Assembly: GCA_963662435.1 (NCBI GenBank) | Contig: OY759598.1 | Location: forward strand, 558,001 to 622,000 | Source: Dehalococcoidia bacterium | GTDB lineage: Bacteria > Chloroflexota > Dehalococcoidia > Lucifugimonadales > VXLM01 | Reading direction: 5' to 3' | DNA: 64,000 bases | Shown here: positions 49,075 through 58,695 of the stretch, one piece after another | Position numbering within the stretch: the stretch's first letter is position 1 | Layout of the letters: each line of letters opens with the position of its first letter | Translations under genes and position numbers: made by a program | Notes under the pieces: model-generated | The model's database searches: none | Seen by the model: only the letters and a program-made list of their open reading frames with translations | Told to the model about the DNA's origin: nothing

Positions 49075-49333
49075 ACCCGCTTGGAGGGTCGCCTTGTCTC
49101 TTCGCGCTGAACGAGACATCAGACGTCTCAGTCCTCAAGATCAGGTGCGGATTGCACGTGCCTTGGATGCCTTGTCTGAGTTTCGGAAGGAAGGTGACTT
49201 ACGCAAACTTCGTGGCTCAAGGGACGACAGAAGTCTTCGTGTTGGTGAACTTAGTCTGCGCTTTCGCCTCGATACCCAAGACAGGACTGTGGTTGTCCTT
49301 CGCGTGCAACCCCGTGACAGGGCTTTCCGATAG
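49064..49333 (+). CDS. RelE/ParE-family toxin (possibly degenerate)
   Basis: RAERDIRRL, GDLRKLRG, LRVG, VVLRVQPRDRAF. Confidence 0.75.
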   Translation: MTNRPAWRVALSLRAERDIRRLSPQDQVRIARALDALSEFRKEGDLRKLRGSRDDRSLRVGELSLRFRLDTQDRTVVVLRVQPRDRAFR

Positions 49334-49409
49334 CAATCCCCGTCCCACAAGAGCAAGAACCAGAGACAGGTCATCGCTATAGTGGGGGGTTGACACCTCC
49401 TAATACCTT

Positions 49410-50123
49410 CTACCTCCCGGCCGGAACCACAACCCCCCGCTTCCGCCGAGATGCGGCTTCCATCTGTTCGAGCTGACGAAGCCCTTTCGTCGTGTCGCTC
49501 GCGATCCTGGCCTTGTCGGAGTTGGCCCAGCGATACTTGAATAGCCAGTAGGTGAATGCGCGATGCTCCGCCATCGACTCGATCCCGTCGAGTTCGACCT
49601 TCTTGGACTCGCGGAACATGCCGAGCAGCTCTTCTCGCGTCTTCAGGTAAATCTGCGGGAATGCCTTCTCCGCGTAGGCGTTCCGGTACCGTACGCCGTT
49701 CGAGGTATCTCTCTTCCTCAGCTCTAACTCACATGCCAGCTGCAGAGCCTCCTCGACCGTGACCCCGTAGTAGAAATTCAGGTACCCACGGTACTTATCT
49801 ACCCCGAGGAGTTCCTGGACCCGCTCGGTGTCGAACCGGTCGGGAAATTTTCCCTCGAAGAGAAGCGTCTCAAGCTCCTCTTGAGGAACAACACCCCGCG
49901 TCTCATCCAGCAGGCGCTCTGCCAGCAGAAGCCAGTCGAAGGCCTCCCCTGCTATGAAGTAGTTGTGCTTTCGCTTCTTGCGCCTCTCTTCAGGAAGCGT
50001 CCACAGGGCCATCGCCTCTAGCAACGCTTCCGGCCAGTCCTTCCCCTCCAACAGGGCGGACTTGAGATGTTTGATGGCAAGACGTCGGGAGCCAACGCCC
50101 GTGGTTGTTGTTGTGCTATCCAT
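49410..50123 (-). CDS. hypothetical protein overlapping the polX 3' end
   Basis: long ORF with natural composition (EAFDWLLLAERL, NFYYGVTVEEAL, FTYWLFKYR); start overlaps the polX stop. Confidence 0.7.
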   Translation of the reverse strand: MDSTTTTTGVGSRRLAIKHLKSALLEGKDWPEALLEAMALWTLPEERRKKRKHNYFIAGEAFDWLLLAERLLDETRGVVPQEELETLLFEGKFPDRFDTERVQELLGVDKYRGYLNFYYGVTVEEALQLACELELRKRDTSNGVRYRNAYAEKAFPQIYLKTREELLGMFRESKKVELDGIESMAEHRAFTYWLFKYRWANSDKARIASDTTKGLRQLEQMEAASRRKRGVVVPAGR

Positions 50124-51876
50124 GGCTGGCGAGGAATTGAGTTCGCTCGGGCTTGTCGGTTGCAAGATACTCCATAAAGCTATCGAGTGGCAAAGTGTTC
50201 AGGACGTGCCTCGGCTCGCACCATGCCCTGCGCGCGACCGCTACTCCGCAGCGCTGGTTGCCCAGACTCTCCGAGTCATGGGCATCGCTGTCGATCACCA
50301 GCGGCACTCCCAGTTCACGGGCGCGTGCAGCGTGGGTGTCCTTGAGGTCGAGGCGGCGGGGCGACGAGTTGATCTCAAGCGCGGTGCCGGTCTCGGCGGC
50401 GGCTCGGAATATCGCTTCGAAATCAGCCTCGATGGGCTTGCGCTCTCCAATCATTCGGGTGGTCAGGTGACCGATTGCGGTCACGTGCGGACTCTGCATC
50501 GCCGCGATGATGCGGGCCGTCATGGTAGCTGCGTCTTGCCCCATGCCGGAGTGGACGGACGCGACGACCCAGTCAAGCCGCCCCAGCACGTAGTCTTCGT
50601 AATCAAGACTTCCGTCGGCCCTAATGTCGACCTCCGACCCGGCAAGCAGCTTGATGCTGCCGATCCTGTCCTCAAGTTCACGTATCTCGCGAATGTGCTC
50701 AGTGAGTCGCTCGACGCTCAGGCCGCCTGCTATTCCCCTGCCTGCCGAGTGGTCCGTGATGGCGACGTACTCGTAGCCTCGCTCAACCGCTGCCGCCGCC
50801 ATGATCTCGGTTGGATCGCGCCCGTCGCTCCACTCGGTATGCACATGAAGGTCGCCCTTCAGGTCGGGCACGTCGACCAATCGCGGAATGGAACGTTCGC
50901 GAGCCCGGCTGATCTCGTCCCCTCCTCGACGCAATTCGGGAGGGATGTACTGGAGCCCGAGACGTCCGTACACGCCCTCTTCGTCCGAGAAGGACTCGGT
51001 CTCGCCCGTCTCCGTGTTCGTGATGCCATACTCGTTAACCGAAAGTCCCTGTCGGACGGCATGTTCTCGGAGGCGAATGTTGTGCTGCTTGTCTCCCGTG
51101 AAGTACTGGAGAAGCGCGCCGAACTGGGAATCGTCCACGACTCGCAGGTCCACCTGCACGCCCTCGCTCAACACGACGGCCGACTTCTTTTCTCCATGTA
51201 CGAGCACGTTGGCCACGTTCGGCAACTCAACGAGGGCATCGAGGACCTGCTGAGGATCTCTTGCCGTACAGACGATGTCGATATCCCCGATGGTCTCCTC
51301 GAAACGCCGCAGGCTGCCCGCCGCTTCAATGCGGACGATACTGGGGCACCGTTCCTTGAGGGCTGCTATCACGCGCTCTGCCGCCGGCAATGCGCGGGCG
51401 ATGGGAACTCGGTCGCCCTTGGTACGTGCTGCCGCAATCTCCTTTAGGATGTTCTCGGCCTTCTTCGGCCCCATGCGCGGCAGTGACGCCAGCCGTCCGT
51501 CCGACGCCACAGCCTCAAGTGCCTCAACTGTCGTCACGTCCAGCTCGTCCCAGAGACGCTTGGCCGACTTTGGGCCGACTCCGGGCACGCGCATGACATC
51601 GAGGATGCCGTCCGGGAACTCACCCCGCAGCTTTTCGTAGAAGTCCATCTTGCCATCGGTGGCAAGCTGCGTGATCTTGCCCGCTATGGCCTTGCCTATT
51701 CCGGGAATCTGTGTCAGGTCTTCTTCGTCCCGGACCATCTGCTCGATCTCACTTGGGAGGTGATCGATAGTGCGCGCGGCCCGCTGGTAGGAAACGACGA
51801 CGAATCGGCGCTCACCCTTGATCTCAAGCAGGCCCGCGATGTTCTCGAAGACTTCGGCGATTTGGGAGTTGTTCAT
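50116..51876 (-). CDS. polX: DNA polymerase X / PHP 3'-5' exonuclease
   Basis: AGSLRRFEETIGDIDI, VDLRVV, QYFTG, PPELR, GDLHVHTEWSDG, ITDHS, DSDAH. Confidence 0.96.
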   Translation of the reverse strand: MNNSQIAEVFENIAGLLEIKGERRFVVVSYQRAARTIDHLPSEIEQMVRDEEDLTQIPGIGKAIAGKITQLATDGKMDFYEKLRGEFPDGILDVMRVPGVGPKSAKRLWDELDVTTVEALEAVASDGRLASLPRMGPKKAENILKEIAAARTKGDRVPIARALPAAERVIAALKERCPSIVRIEAAGSLRRFEETIGDIDIVCTARDPQQVLDALVELPNVANVLVHGEKKSAVVLSEGVQVDLRVVDDSQFGALLQYFTGDKQHNIRLREHAVRQGLSVNEYGITNTETGETESFSDEEGVYGRLGLQYIPPELRRGGDEISRARERSIPRLVDVPDLKGDLHVHTEWSDGRDPTEIMAAAAVERGYEYVAITDHSAGRGIAGGLSVERLTEHIREIRELEDRIGSIKLLAGSEVDIRADGSLDYEDYVLGRLDWVVASVHSGMGQDAATMTARIIAAMQSPHVTAIGHLTTRMIGERKPIEADFEAIFRAAAETGTALEINSSPRRLDLKDTHAARARELGVPLVIDSDAHDSESLGNQRCGVAVARRAWCEPRHVLNTLPLDSFMEYLATDKPERTQFLASHG

Positions 51877-51994
51877 CCGATTCCGCCGCTAGGTGTTGAC
51901 GAAGTCACGCTACCCTCATCTTACGACATTTGGAGTTTCCCGCGTCGGGGAGATTCGGTGGTACACTTGTCGCAGTCCAACGGAGGAGCGAACC

Positions 51995-53581
51995 ATGCTC
52001 GACGTAGTTATCAGCGGAGGCGATGTCGTCGACGGGACCGGTGCACCCGGCTATGGGGCGGATGTTGGCATTCGAGGGGAACGAATTGAGTGCATCGGCG
52101 ACCTGTCGCAGGCAGTCACAAGAAGGGTGATCGACGCGAAGGGTCTGACGGTCTCGCCAGGTTTCATCGACACCCATACCCACTCCGAGGGCGACCTTCT
52201 TGTCGATCCCCAGCACGCTTGCGGGCTGAGGCAGGGCATCACGACGGAATTCCTCGGAATTGACGGCATGTCGTACGCCCCCCTGTCCCACGACAACTAC
52301 CTGACCTACCGCCGCTGGCTGAAGGGACTGCTAGGCGAGCCGCCGGAAGACCTCGACATGAGCAGCGTCGAGGCATTCCGCGCAAACTATCACGAGAAGG
52401 TCTCGATCAATACCGCATACCTCGTTCCGAACGGCACAGTCAGACTCGAGGCGGCGGGATTCCGCGACGTACCTCTCACCGGAGACCTGATGGCCCGGTA
52501 CAAAGACCTCGTGCGCGAGAGCATGGAGCAGGGCGCCGTGGGCTTTTCGACGGGGTCAAGCTACTATCCTGGACCATGGTCGAGCACTGATGAGTTGGTC
52601 GAGATTTGCGAGTTGGTACGCGACCTTGGCGGCGTGTACATGGCCGAGCCTCGACGCGCCAACCCGGAACGTGCCTTCGGAGGTGGTGGCGTGCCTGAGG
52701 TGCTGGAGATCGGACGACGCTCCGGCGTCAAGCTCCACTTCGCCCACTTCCGAACGGATCCCAAGACTGCTGGCAAGGTTGAGGAGCAAATGGCGCTGAT
52801 CGATAAGGCGAAGGCGGAAGGAGTGGACGTTACCCTCGACATTTACCCGTACGCCAGCGGCTCCACCATTCCCGTCAGCTTCCTTCCTAGTTGGACGCAG
52901 GACGGCGGACCCGACGCAATCATCGAGAGGCTCAAAGACTCGGGCGACCGCCAACGAATCGTCGACTACTTGGAGAACGAGTTCTACTACTTGCGGTCGC
53001 TGGACGAGGTCGTCTTCTCCTACATTCCGGGCGAACCGTCCCTTGAGGGCATAAGTCTGCCCCATTATGCAGAGCAAATGGGCAAGACTCTCGGCGAGGC
53101 CCTGTGCGACATCCTCCTTCAGGAAGACCTCTCCGTCGGGTACACCATGCCCCCTCCGACGAGCTACGGTCTCTGGCGACAGGTAAGTAAGGACTCCATG
53201 GACCTCATTGCCCGCGACGACTACATGGTCTGCTCCGACATCACCCCTGCCGGTTCGATGCCCCACCCACGCTCATTTGGCGCGTTCCCGCGCTTCCTCG
53301 GTCGACTGCGACGTGCCTATCCGACCGTCACTCTCGAGGGCATGGTACACAGGATGACCGACCGTCCGGCGCAGCGGTTCAACCTGACGCACAGAGGCAG
53401 ATTGGCAGAGGGCTACTTCGCAGACATAACGATATTCGACGCCGACCGAGTCATCGACACCTCAACATACGACGACCCCGTGCAGCATCCCATCGGAATC
53501 CCATATGTCCTCGTAAACGGCCAGGTGGCCGTAGACAGCGAGCGATGCACCGGAATCATGGCCGGCCAGGCCGTCCCATAG
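51995..53581 (+). CDS. N-acyl-D-amino-acid deacylase (D-aminoacylase)
   Basis: VVDGTG, PGFIDTHTH, DIYPYASGST, HPRSFGAFPRFL, ADITIFD; GGAGGAG RBS before ATG 51995. Confidence 0.9.
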   Translation: MLDVVISGGDVVDGTGAPGYGADVGIRGERIECIGDLSQAVTRRVIDAKGLTVSPGFIDTHTHSEGDLLVDPQHACGLRQGITTEFLGIDGMSYAPLSHDNYLTYRRWLKGLLGEPPEDLDMSSVEAFRANYHEKVSINTAYLVPNGTVRLEAAGFRDVPLTGDLMARYKDLVRESMEQGAVGFSTGSSYYPGPWSSTDELVEICELVRDLGGVYMAEPRRANPERAFGGGGVPEVLEIGRRSGVKLHFAHFRTDPKTAGKVEEQMALIDKAKAEGVDVTLDIYPYASGSTIPVSFLPSWTQDGGPDAIIERLKDSGDRQRIVDYLENEFYYLRSLDEVVFSYIPGEPSLEGISLPHYAEQMGKTLGEALCDILLQEDLSVGYTMPPPTSYGLWRQVSKDSMDLIARDDYMVCSDITPAGSMPHPRSFGAFPRFLGRLRRAYPTVTLEGMVHRMTDRPAQRFNLTHRGRLAEGYFADITIFDADRVIDTSTYDDPVQHPIGIPYVLVNGQVAVDSERCTGIMAGQAVP

Positions 53582-53627
53582 TGTCCAATCTCAGAGTGTC
53601 GCCGGAAGAAACTGTCAAACGGAGAGT

Positions 53628-53688
53628 CCCCTCACCCGTCATGGGAGAGGGCTAGAGTCTACCCCATACTCGATACGGGGGGTGAGGG
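53628..53688. repeat. REP-like palindromic element
   Basis: CCCCTCACCCGTCATGGGAGAGGG...CCCCATACTCGATACGGG...GGTGAGGG; relatives at about 4822, 36405 (inverted) and 59908. Confidence 0.6.
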
Positions 53689-53776
53689 TTATGGCTCCCA
53701 GCACGTTTATCTACCGCCTTCCCAGAAACCTCAGGACAAAACTGTATTCCGAAAGATCGAGAAGACTGGAGGAGAA

Positions 53777-54688
53777 TTGAGTAATTCGCTCTGGGTTGAA
53801 CTGAGTATCGACACCCCCGCCGAGTTCGTCGAGCCCCTCACACAGGTATTCACCGAACACGGCGAGGGCGGCGTGGCAATCGAGCTCCCGGCGGGGCACA
53901 ACCCCGACGAGGGCGAGAGCGCGCCACTGCCGGACAGGGTGACTGTCACTACCTACATCCCGCACGACAACCGGCTCGAACAGCGCTACGCCCGCATCGA
54001 CACGGCCGTGCGCCTGGTTGCCCACGTGGGAGACGTCTCAGAACTGCGTGTCCGTGTGCTGGAGGAGGCGGAGTGGCAGGATTCGTGGAAGGAGCACTTC
54101 CACGTCCTTCGAGTTGGCGTTCGCACCGTTATTGTTCCAACATGGAGGACCTACGAGCCGCGAAAGGATGACGTAGTAATCTCCCTCGACCCCGGCATGG
54201 CCTTCGGCACAGGCCACCATCCGACGACACGCATGTGCCTGGAACTGGTCGAGCAGCACGTACAGCGAAACGACAGGGTGCTCGATCTCGGATGCGGGTC
54301 GGGCATCCTTTCAATAGCCGCCGCCAAACTGGGAGCCTCGGACGTATTCGGTTTGGAGATCGATCCCATTGCCGCGAGCGTTGCCGTGCAGAACGTCAAA
54401 GACAACGGCGTCCAGAATGTCGTCCGCACGGAAGAGGCCACCCTCCCTCATCCCCGCGTGGCGGAGAACGGATACGACCTGCTCGTCGCCAACGTGTCGG
54501 CGAAGGTAATCACGGAATTGGCGGATCACATCGTTCGGGCGGTCAGGACAGGTGGGATGCTCGTATTCTCCGGCATCCTGGATAAGCAAAAGACGGAAGT
54601 GATTGAACGAATGGTGGCGCTCGGAGTGCAATTCGAGGACGGGCTGACCGATGCAGACTGGGTCGCCCTCGTGGGCAAGGTGGGATAA
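53777..54688 (+). CDS. prmA: ribosomal protein L11 methyltransferase
   Basis: WQDSWKEHF, LDPGMAFGTGHHPTT, LDLGCGSGILSI, LVFSGIL. Confidence 0.95.
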   Translation: MSNSLWVELSIDTPAEFVEPLTQVFTEHGEGGVAIELPAGHNPDEGESAPLPDRVTVTTYIPHDNRLEQRYARIDTAVRLVAHVGDVSELRVRVLEEAEWQDSWKEHFHVLRVGVRTVIVPTWRTYEPRKDDVVISLDPGMAFGTGHHPTTRMCLELVEQHVQRNDRVLDLGCGSGILSIAAAKLGASDVFGLEIDPIAASVAVQNVKDNGVQNVVRTEEATLPHPRVAENGYDLLVANVSAKVITELADHIVRAVRTGGMLVFSGILDKQKTEVIERMVALGVQFEDGLTDADWVALVGKVG

Positions 54689-54690
54689 GC

Positions 54691-55695
54691 CTACTTCGCC
54701 TGATAGAGAATAGACGCCTGCTGACCCATCACGATCACATTCTTCCGCCTTAGCCTCAGGGACGCAGCTGCCCTCGCGCCCTGTTCCCGAGAGCCGAGCA
54801 TCGTAATCCGCGCCCCGGCTTGTGAGCACTTAGTCAGGAACTTCACCAGTCTCCTCGTGTCAACTCGCTCAAACTGTTTACCGAAAGGGACGTTGGTCAC
54901 CAGTTTCGTCCGTGAGTCGATGAGGCTGGTGTCAAGTGCCTCAAACGACTGCCGGAAGATGGAAACCTGCCCGCCCGTGATCCGTCGTTCGGCGATGTCG
55001 GCCGCAGCCGGGTCTACCTCTAGTCCCACAACGGCACGAGCCTCGTAGAGGTGCATGGCCGCTTCCAGTATCGATCCGGTGCCCATGAACGGGTCGAGCA
55101 CAACGCTGTCCGAATCCACGCCGGCTAGTTGCAGTAACCCGCACGCCAGATGACGCCTCAGCGCTCCCGGACGCCCGGAGTCGTCATCTCCAAGGTTGGA
55201 GCCCACCTGGACGCCCACGAAAGCGAAGTCGGGGTCCCCTTTACAGAAGATGCGTACCGCCTGTTCGCTTGATCGGCGCCATCCCGGAAACGCGCTTTGC
55301 ATGACCCCGTCGACATGCTTGGCGAGTTCCTGCCGCCGTACCGCCGTGCGACCGAGCGTTTCGCAGACAACGCTATAACGCCGGGGGCGCGTGCCTTGGA
55401 CGTGGGACAGGAGGTCGAGGACGGCGCGCTTGACGAGGGCGGGACGCAGCATCTTGACCAGCTGCAACGTCGCGTCTTGACCACGTCCCGGTCCTGAGGA
55501 TGCTACTTCCCCAAAGACCTCCGCGGGAGTTCTCAAGTCTTGGTGCGATGCATCAAGACCTTCCCTTAAGACAAGCGTTGAGTCGCGGTGATGAAACTCT
55601 ACGTACCGCTCGCTCCCGCCGGTTGCATGCATTTCCGCTAGGGTTGCGAAGGCCCATCCCGGCTGGGTGGTCATAACAAGCGGACGGCGAGGCAT
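54691..55695 (-). CDS. SAM-dependent RNA methyltransferase (UPF0020/THUMP-like)
   Basis: RPGALR, VLDPFMGTGSI and NVPFG (NPPY-like) motifs. Confidence 0.65.
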   Translation of the reverse strand: MPRRPLVMTTQPGWAFATLAEMHATGGSERYVEFHHRDSTLVLREGLDASHQDLRTPAEVFGEVASSGPGRGQDATLQLVKMLRPALVKRAVLDLLSHVQGTRPRRYSVVCETLGRTAVRRQELAKHVDGVMQSAFPGWRRSSEQAVRIFCKGDPDFAFVGVQVGSNLGDDDSGRPGALRRHLACGLLQLAGVDSDSVVLDPFMGTGSILEAAMHLYEARAVVGLEVDPAAADIAERRITGGQVSIFRQSFEALDTSLIDSRTKLVTNVPFGKQFERVDTRRLVKFLTKCSQAGARITMLGSREQGARAAASLRLRRKNVIVMGQQASILYQAK

Positions 55696-55696
55696 C

Positions 55697-56695
55697 CTAC
55701 TCTGGTATGGGAGCGCGTCCCATGAGCTCCGAGACTGCGCGGTCGACCGACAACCCCTCGAACAGCACTCGATACGTGACCTCGGTTATCGGCATTTCCA
55801 CAGATAGTTCGGCAGCCATGTCGCGCGCCGCCGCCGTGGTGTTTATGCCCTCCGCGACGTTGAGCATCTCCGAGCGAATCTCCCTCAGGCTCCTGCCCCT
55901 GCTCAGGAGAACCCCGACTTGGTGGTTGCGGCTCAGAGTGCTCGAACAGGTCGCTATGAGGTCTCCCATTCCGGCCAGCCCGGCCATGGTCATTTGCCGC
56001 GCGCCTGCGGCAACTCCGAGGCGCGCGATCTCCACGAGCCCTCGCGTCATGAACGCCGCCTTCACGTTGTCCCCCATCTGCAGACCGTCGCAAATGCCCG
56101 CACCGATTGCGATGATATTCTTGAGCGTACCGCCGAGTTCGACGCCGATAATGTCCGTGTTCGTGTAGACCCGAAAGACTGAGGAGTTGAGGATGGCCTG
56201 GGCCCTTTTGGCCGCATCCTCGTAGGAGGAGGCGACTACGGTCGACGACAGCTTGCCGCGTATGATCTCCCTCGCCAGGTTTGGACCTGACAGTGCACAG
56301 ATGGGAATGGGTGGGTTCCTCTCAATCTCCTGGCTAATGACTTCGCTCATACGGCAGCCGGTCTTGATCTCAAGCCCCTTGACGGCGCTCACTAAGACGG
56401 TGTCGCGATCAACATGCGCAGCCACATCTTTGACATTCTGTCGCAACGTGTTCGACGGCACGGCAAGAATCGTCAGATCTGCCCCGCCGAGCACCTCAGT
56501 CGGTTCGTGTGTAACCACCATTGACGGGTGGAACGAAGCGCCTGGAAGATACTTGCTGTTTTCGTTGGCAAGCCTGAGGCGCGCGGCCTCTGCTTCCGTG
56601 CGGGCGAGGAGGCGGACGGTGTGTCCTTCCCTTGCCGTTATGATCGCGAGGGTGGTCCCCCAGCCCGTCGTGCCGACTACGCCGATCGTGGCCAT
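55697..56695 (-). CDS. gpsA: NAD(P)H-dependent glycerol-3-phosphate dehydrogenase
   Basis: WGTTLA, KGLE, LSGPNLA, GVELGGTLKN, GLAGMGDLIATCSSTLSRN. Confidence 0.96.
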   Translation of the reverse strand: MATIGVVGTTGWGTTLAIITAREGHTVRLLARTEAEAARLRLANENSKYLPGASFHPSMVVTHEPTEVLGGADLTILAVPSNTLRQNVKDVAAHVDRDTVLVSAVKGLEIKTGCRMSEVISQEIERNPPIPICALSGPNLAREIIRGKLSSTVVASSYEDAAKRAQAILNSSVFRVYTNTDIIGVELGGTLKNIIAIGAGICDGLQMGDNVKAAFMTRGLVEIARLGVAAGARQMTMAGLAGMGDLIATCSSTLSRNHQVGVLLSRGRSLREIRSEMLNVAEGINTTAAARDMAAELSVEMPITEVTYRVLFEGLSVDRAVSELMGRAPIPE

Positions 56696-57348
56696 CGAAG
56701 GCCCTTCCCGCGTTGAGCATCGGTCGATTCGGGAATCGTGTCGACCCTTTGGCCGAGCTTTCGCTCATCGCCCTTGATGAGCCTTTGGATGTTGTCTCGA
56801 TGCTTGAAGAGGATGATTGGCGCGCCTGCCGCCCCATAGAGGGCGTACTCCAGGGGCACCGAATCATTCAAGATCGCCAGGACCGCCAGGGTTAGGGACC
56901 CCAGGGTTGCCGCCACGATGGAACCGAGTGACACGTATCGGGTGATCGCTACGAGACCGACTCCTATGATCGATGCCACGATGCCCGCTATTGGGGACAG
57001 CGCGAAGAGGGCACCCCAGCCGGTCGCAGTCCCCTTGCCGCCTGAAAAGCCGATGAACACCGACCAACTGTGCCCCACAATCACGGCGATCCCCGTAAGT
57101 GTCTCGACCATGGGGGCGTCCGCGATGAACCTGACCAGAAGTACCGCACCTACCGCCTTGCCCATGTCGAGGATCAGAACAAGGATGGCGACGGGAGGGC
57201 TGACAGTTCGCATGACGTTGGTCGTGCCAATACTGCCGCTGCCGTGGTCGCGAACGTCCACCCCGCCGAAGAGCCTGCCCGCAATGAGGCCGAAGGGGAT
57301 TGCACCCAGCAAGTACCCGAGCGGAACGAATACGAGGTACTCGATCAC
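56677..57348 (-). CDS. plsY: glycerol-3-phosphate acyltransferase PlsY
   Basis: GYLLGAIPFG, GSGSIGTTNV, GGKGTAT, HRDNIQRL. Confidence 0.95.
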   Translation of the reverse strand: MIEYLVFVPLGYLLGAIPFGLIAGRLFGGVDVRDHGSGSIGTTNVMRTVSPPVAILVLILDMGKAVGAVLLVRFIADAPMVETLTGIAVIVGHSWSVFIGFSGGKGTATGWGALFALSPIAGIVASIIGVGLVAITRYVSLGSIVAATLGSLTLAVLAILNDSVPLEYALYGAAGAPIILFKHRDNIQRLIKGDERKLGQRVDTIPESTDAQRGKGLRWPRSA

Positions 57349-58691
57349 TTTTCCCCCCTACGCTTGAAACGCATCCTGAGCGGGCTGCCCTCGAAGCCGT
57401 AGGCGTCGCGGATAGCATTCTCCAAGTAGCGTTGGTACCCGAAGTGTACCATGTCGGCGCGGTTTACGTAGAAGGTGAAAGATGGTGGCCCCGTGGCGTC
57501 CTGCGCGACACTGTATATCTTGGCCGCGCTCCTGCCTGAGAGGGCAGGGGGGTGAGCGGCCACAGCGTTGAGGACGGTCCTGCGCAGGTCGTAGCGGGGG
57601 AGGTCCTTTCGCCACTGCTCTGAGACGGCCTCAACGGTGTCCAAGAGGGCATCCAGTCCCGTATCGCGGAGCGCGGAAATGAAGCAGATTGGCGCGAAAG
57701 ATGCGAACCTGAATCGCTCCCGTACCTTGTTTGTTGCCGTCTCCCTGTTCAATCCCATCTGCTTCGCCACGTCCCACTTGTTGATGGCGAACACGATGCC
57801 CTTGTAGGCGTCTAGGATGTAACTCGCTATGTGTGCGTCCTGTGCCGTGGCGAGTTCTGTGGCGTCGAGCACCAGGACCGCCACGTCTGCGCGGTCTATC
57901 GCCCGAATCGAACGAAGCGAACTGTAACGCTCGATTCCGGGCTTGATGCTTCCACGCCTCCTGAGTCCAGCCGTATCGACGATGAGTGTCCGCGTGTCGC
58001 CACGGGTGATGAGCGTGTCTACGGTGTCCCTCGTGGTGCCGGGAATTTCACTGACGATTGAACGCTCCTCGCCGACCAGGGCGTTGAGGAGCATCGACTT
58101 GCCCGCATTGGTGCGCCCTACGAGGGCCACTTTGAGGTCGGCTTCCGGCTCAAGCATGTCCGGCGTGGGCGGGAAGGAGTCGACAACTTCGCTCATCAGG
58201 TCATCGATTCCGACGTTGTGGTACGCGCTGATTGGTATCGGATCGCCCACTCCCAGGTCGTAGAAGTCGAACACCTGCTGCTCGCGGGAAACGTTGTCCG
58301 ACTTGTTAACCGCCACGATGACAGGCTTCTTCGCCCTGCGCAGCGCTGCCGCAACGTCGTAGTCGGCGGGCGTCACCCCGGTGCCGACATCCGCCACCAT
58401 TACTATGACGTCAGCGTCCTCAATGGCGACGTCGATCTGTGAACGCACCTTTTCCCATATCTGGCTGGGCGTCGCTTCTCCCCCATCGTTTCGCTCGTCC
58501 AGTCCTCCGGTGTCCACGAGTATGAACGGATAGTCGGCCCACACCGTCTCGGTGCTGACGCGGTCGCGGGTCGTGCCCGCAACGTCGGAAACGATGGAAA
58601 TCGGCCGCCCCACCAGGCGGTTGAAAAGCGTCGATTTGCCCACGTTGGGGCGTCCGACAATGGCTACGAGCGGCTTCTTGGCGGTATACAT
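57345..58691 (-). CDS. der: ribosome biogenesis GTPase Der
   Basis: two G domains (GRPNVGKST and GRTNAGKS), GTTRD twice, KH-like C-terminus YQRYLEN. Confidence 0.96.
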   Translation of the reverse strand: MYTAKKPLVAIVGRPNVGKSTLFNRLVGRPISIVSDVAGTTRDRVSTETVWADYPFILVDTGGLDERNDGGEATPSQIWEKVRSQIDVAIEDADVIVMVADVGTGVTPADYDVAAALRRAKKPVIVAVNKSDNVSREQQVFDFYDLGVGDPIPISAYHNVGIDDLMSEVVDSFPPTPDMLEPEADLKVALVGRTNAGKSMLLNALVGEERSIVSEIPGTTRDTVDTLITRGDTRTLIVDTAGLRRRGSIKPGIERYSSLRSIRAIDRADVAVLVLDATELATAQDAHIASYILDAYKGIVFAINKWDVAKQMGLNRETATNKVRERFRFASFAPICFISALRDTGLDALLDTVEAVSEQWRKDLPRYDLRRTVLNAVAAHPPALSGRSAAKIYSVAQDATGPPSFTFYVNRADMVHFGYQRYLENAIRDAYGFEGSPLRMRFKRRGEK

Positions 58692-58695
58692 GATG

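Noticed and set aside
49963..51447. 494-aa plus-strand ORF
   Set aside because: Antisense shadow of polX in GC-rich DNA with no recognisable motifs
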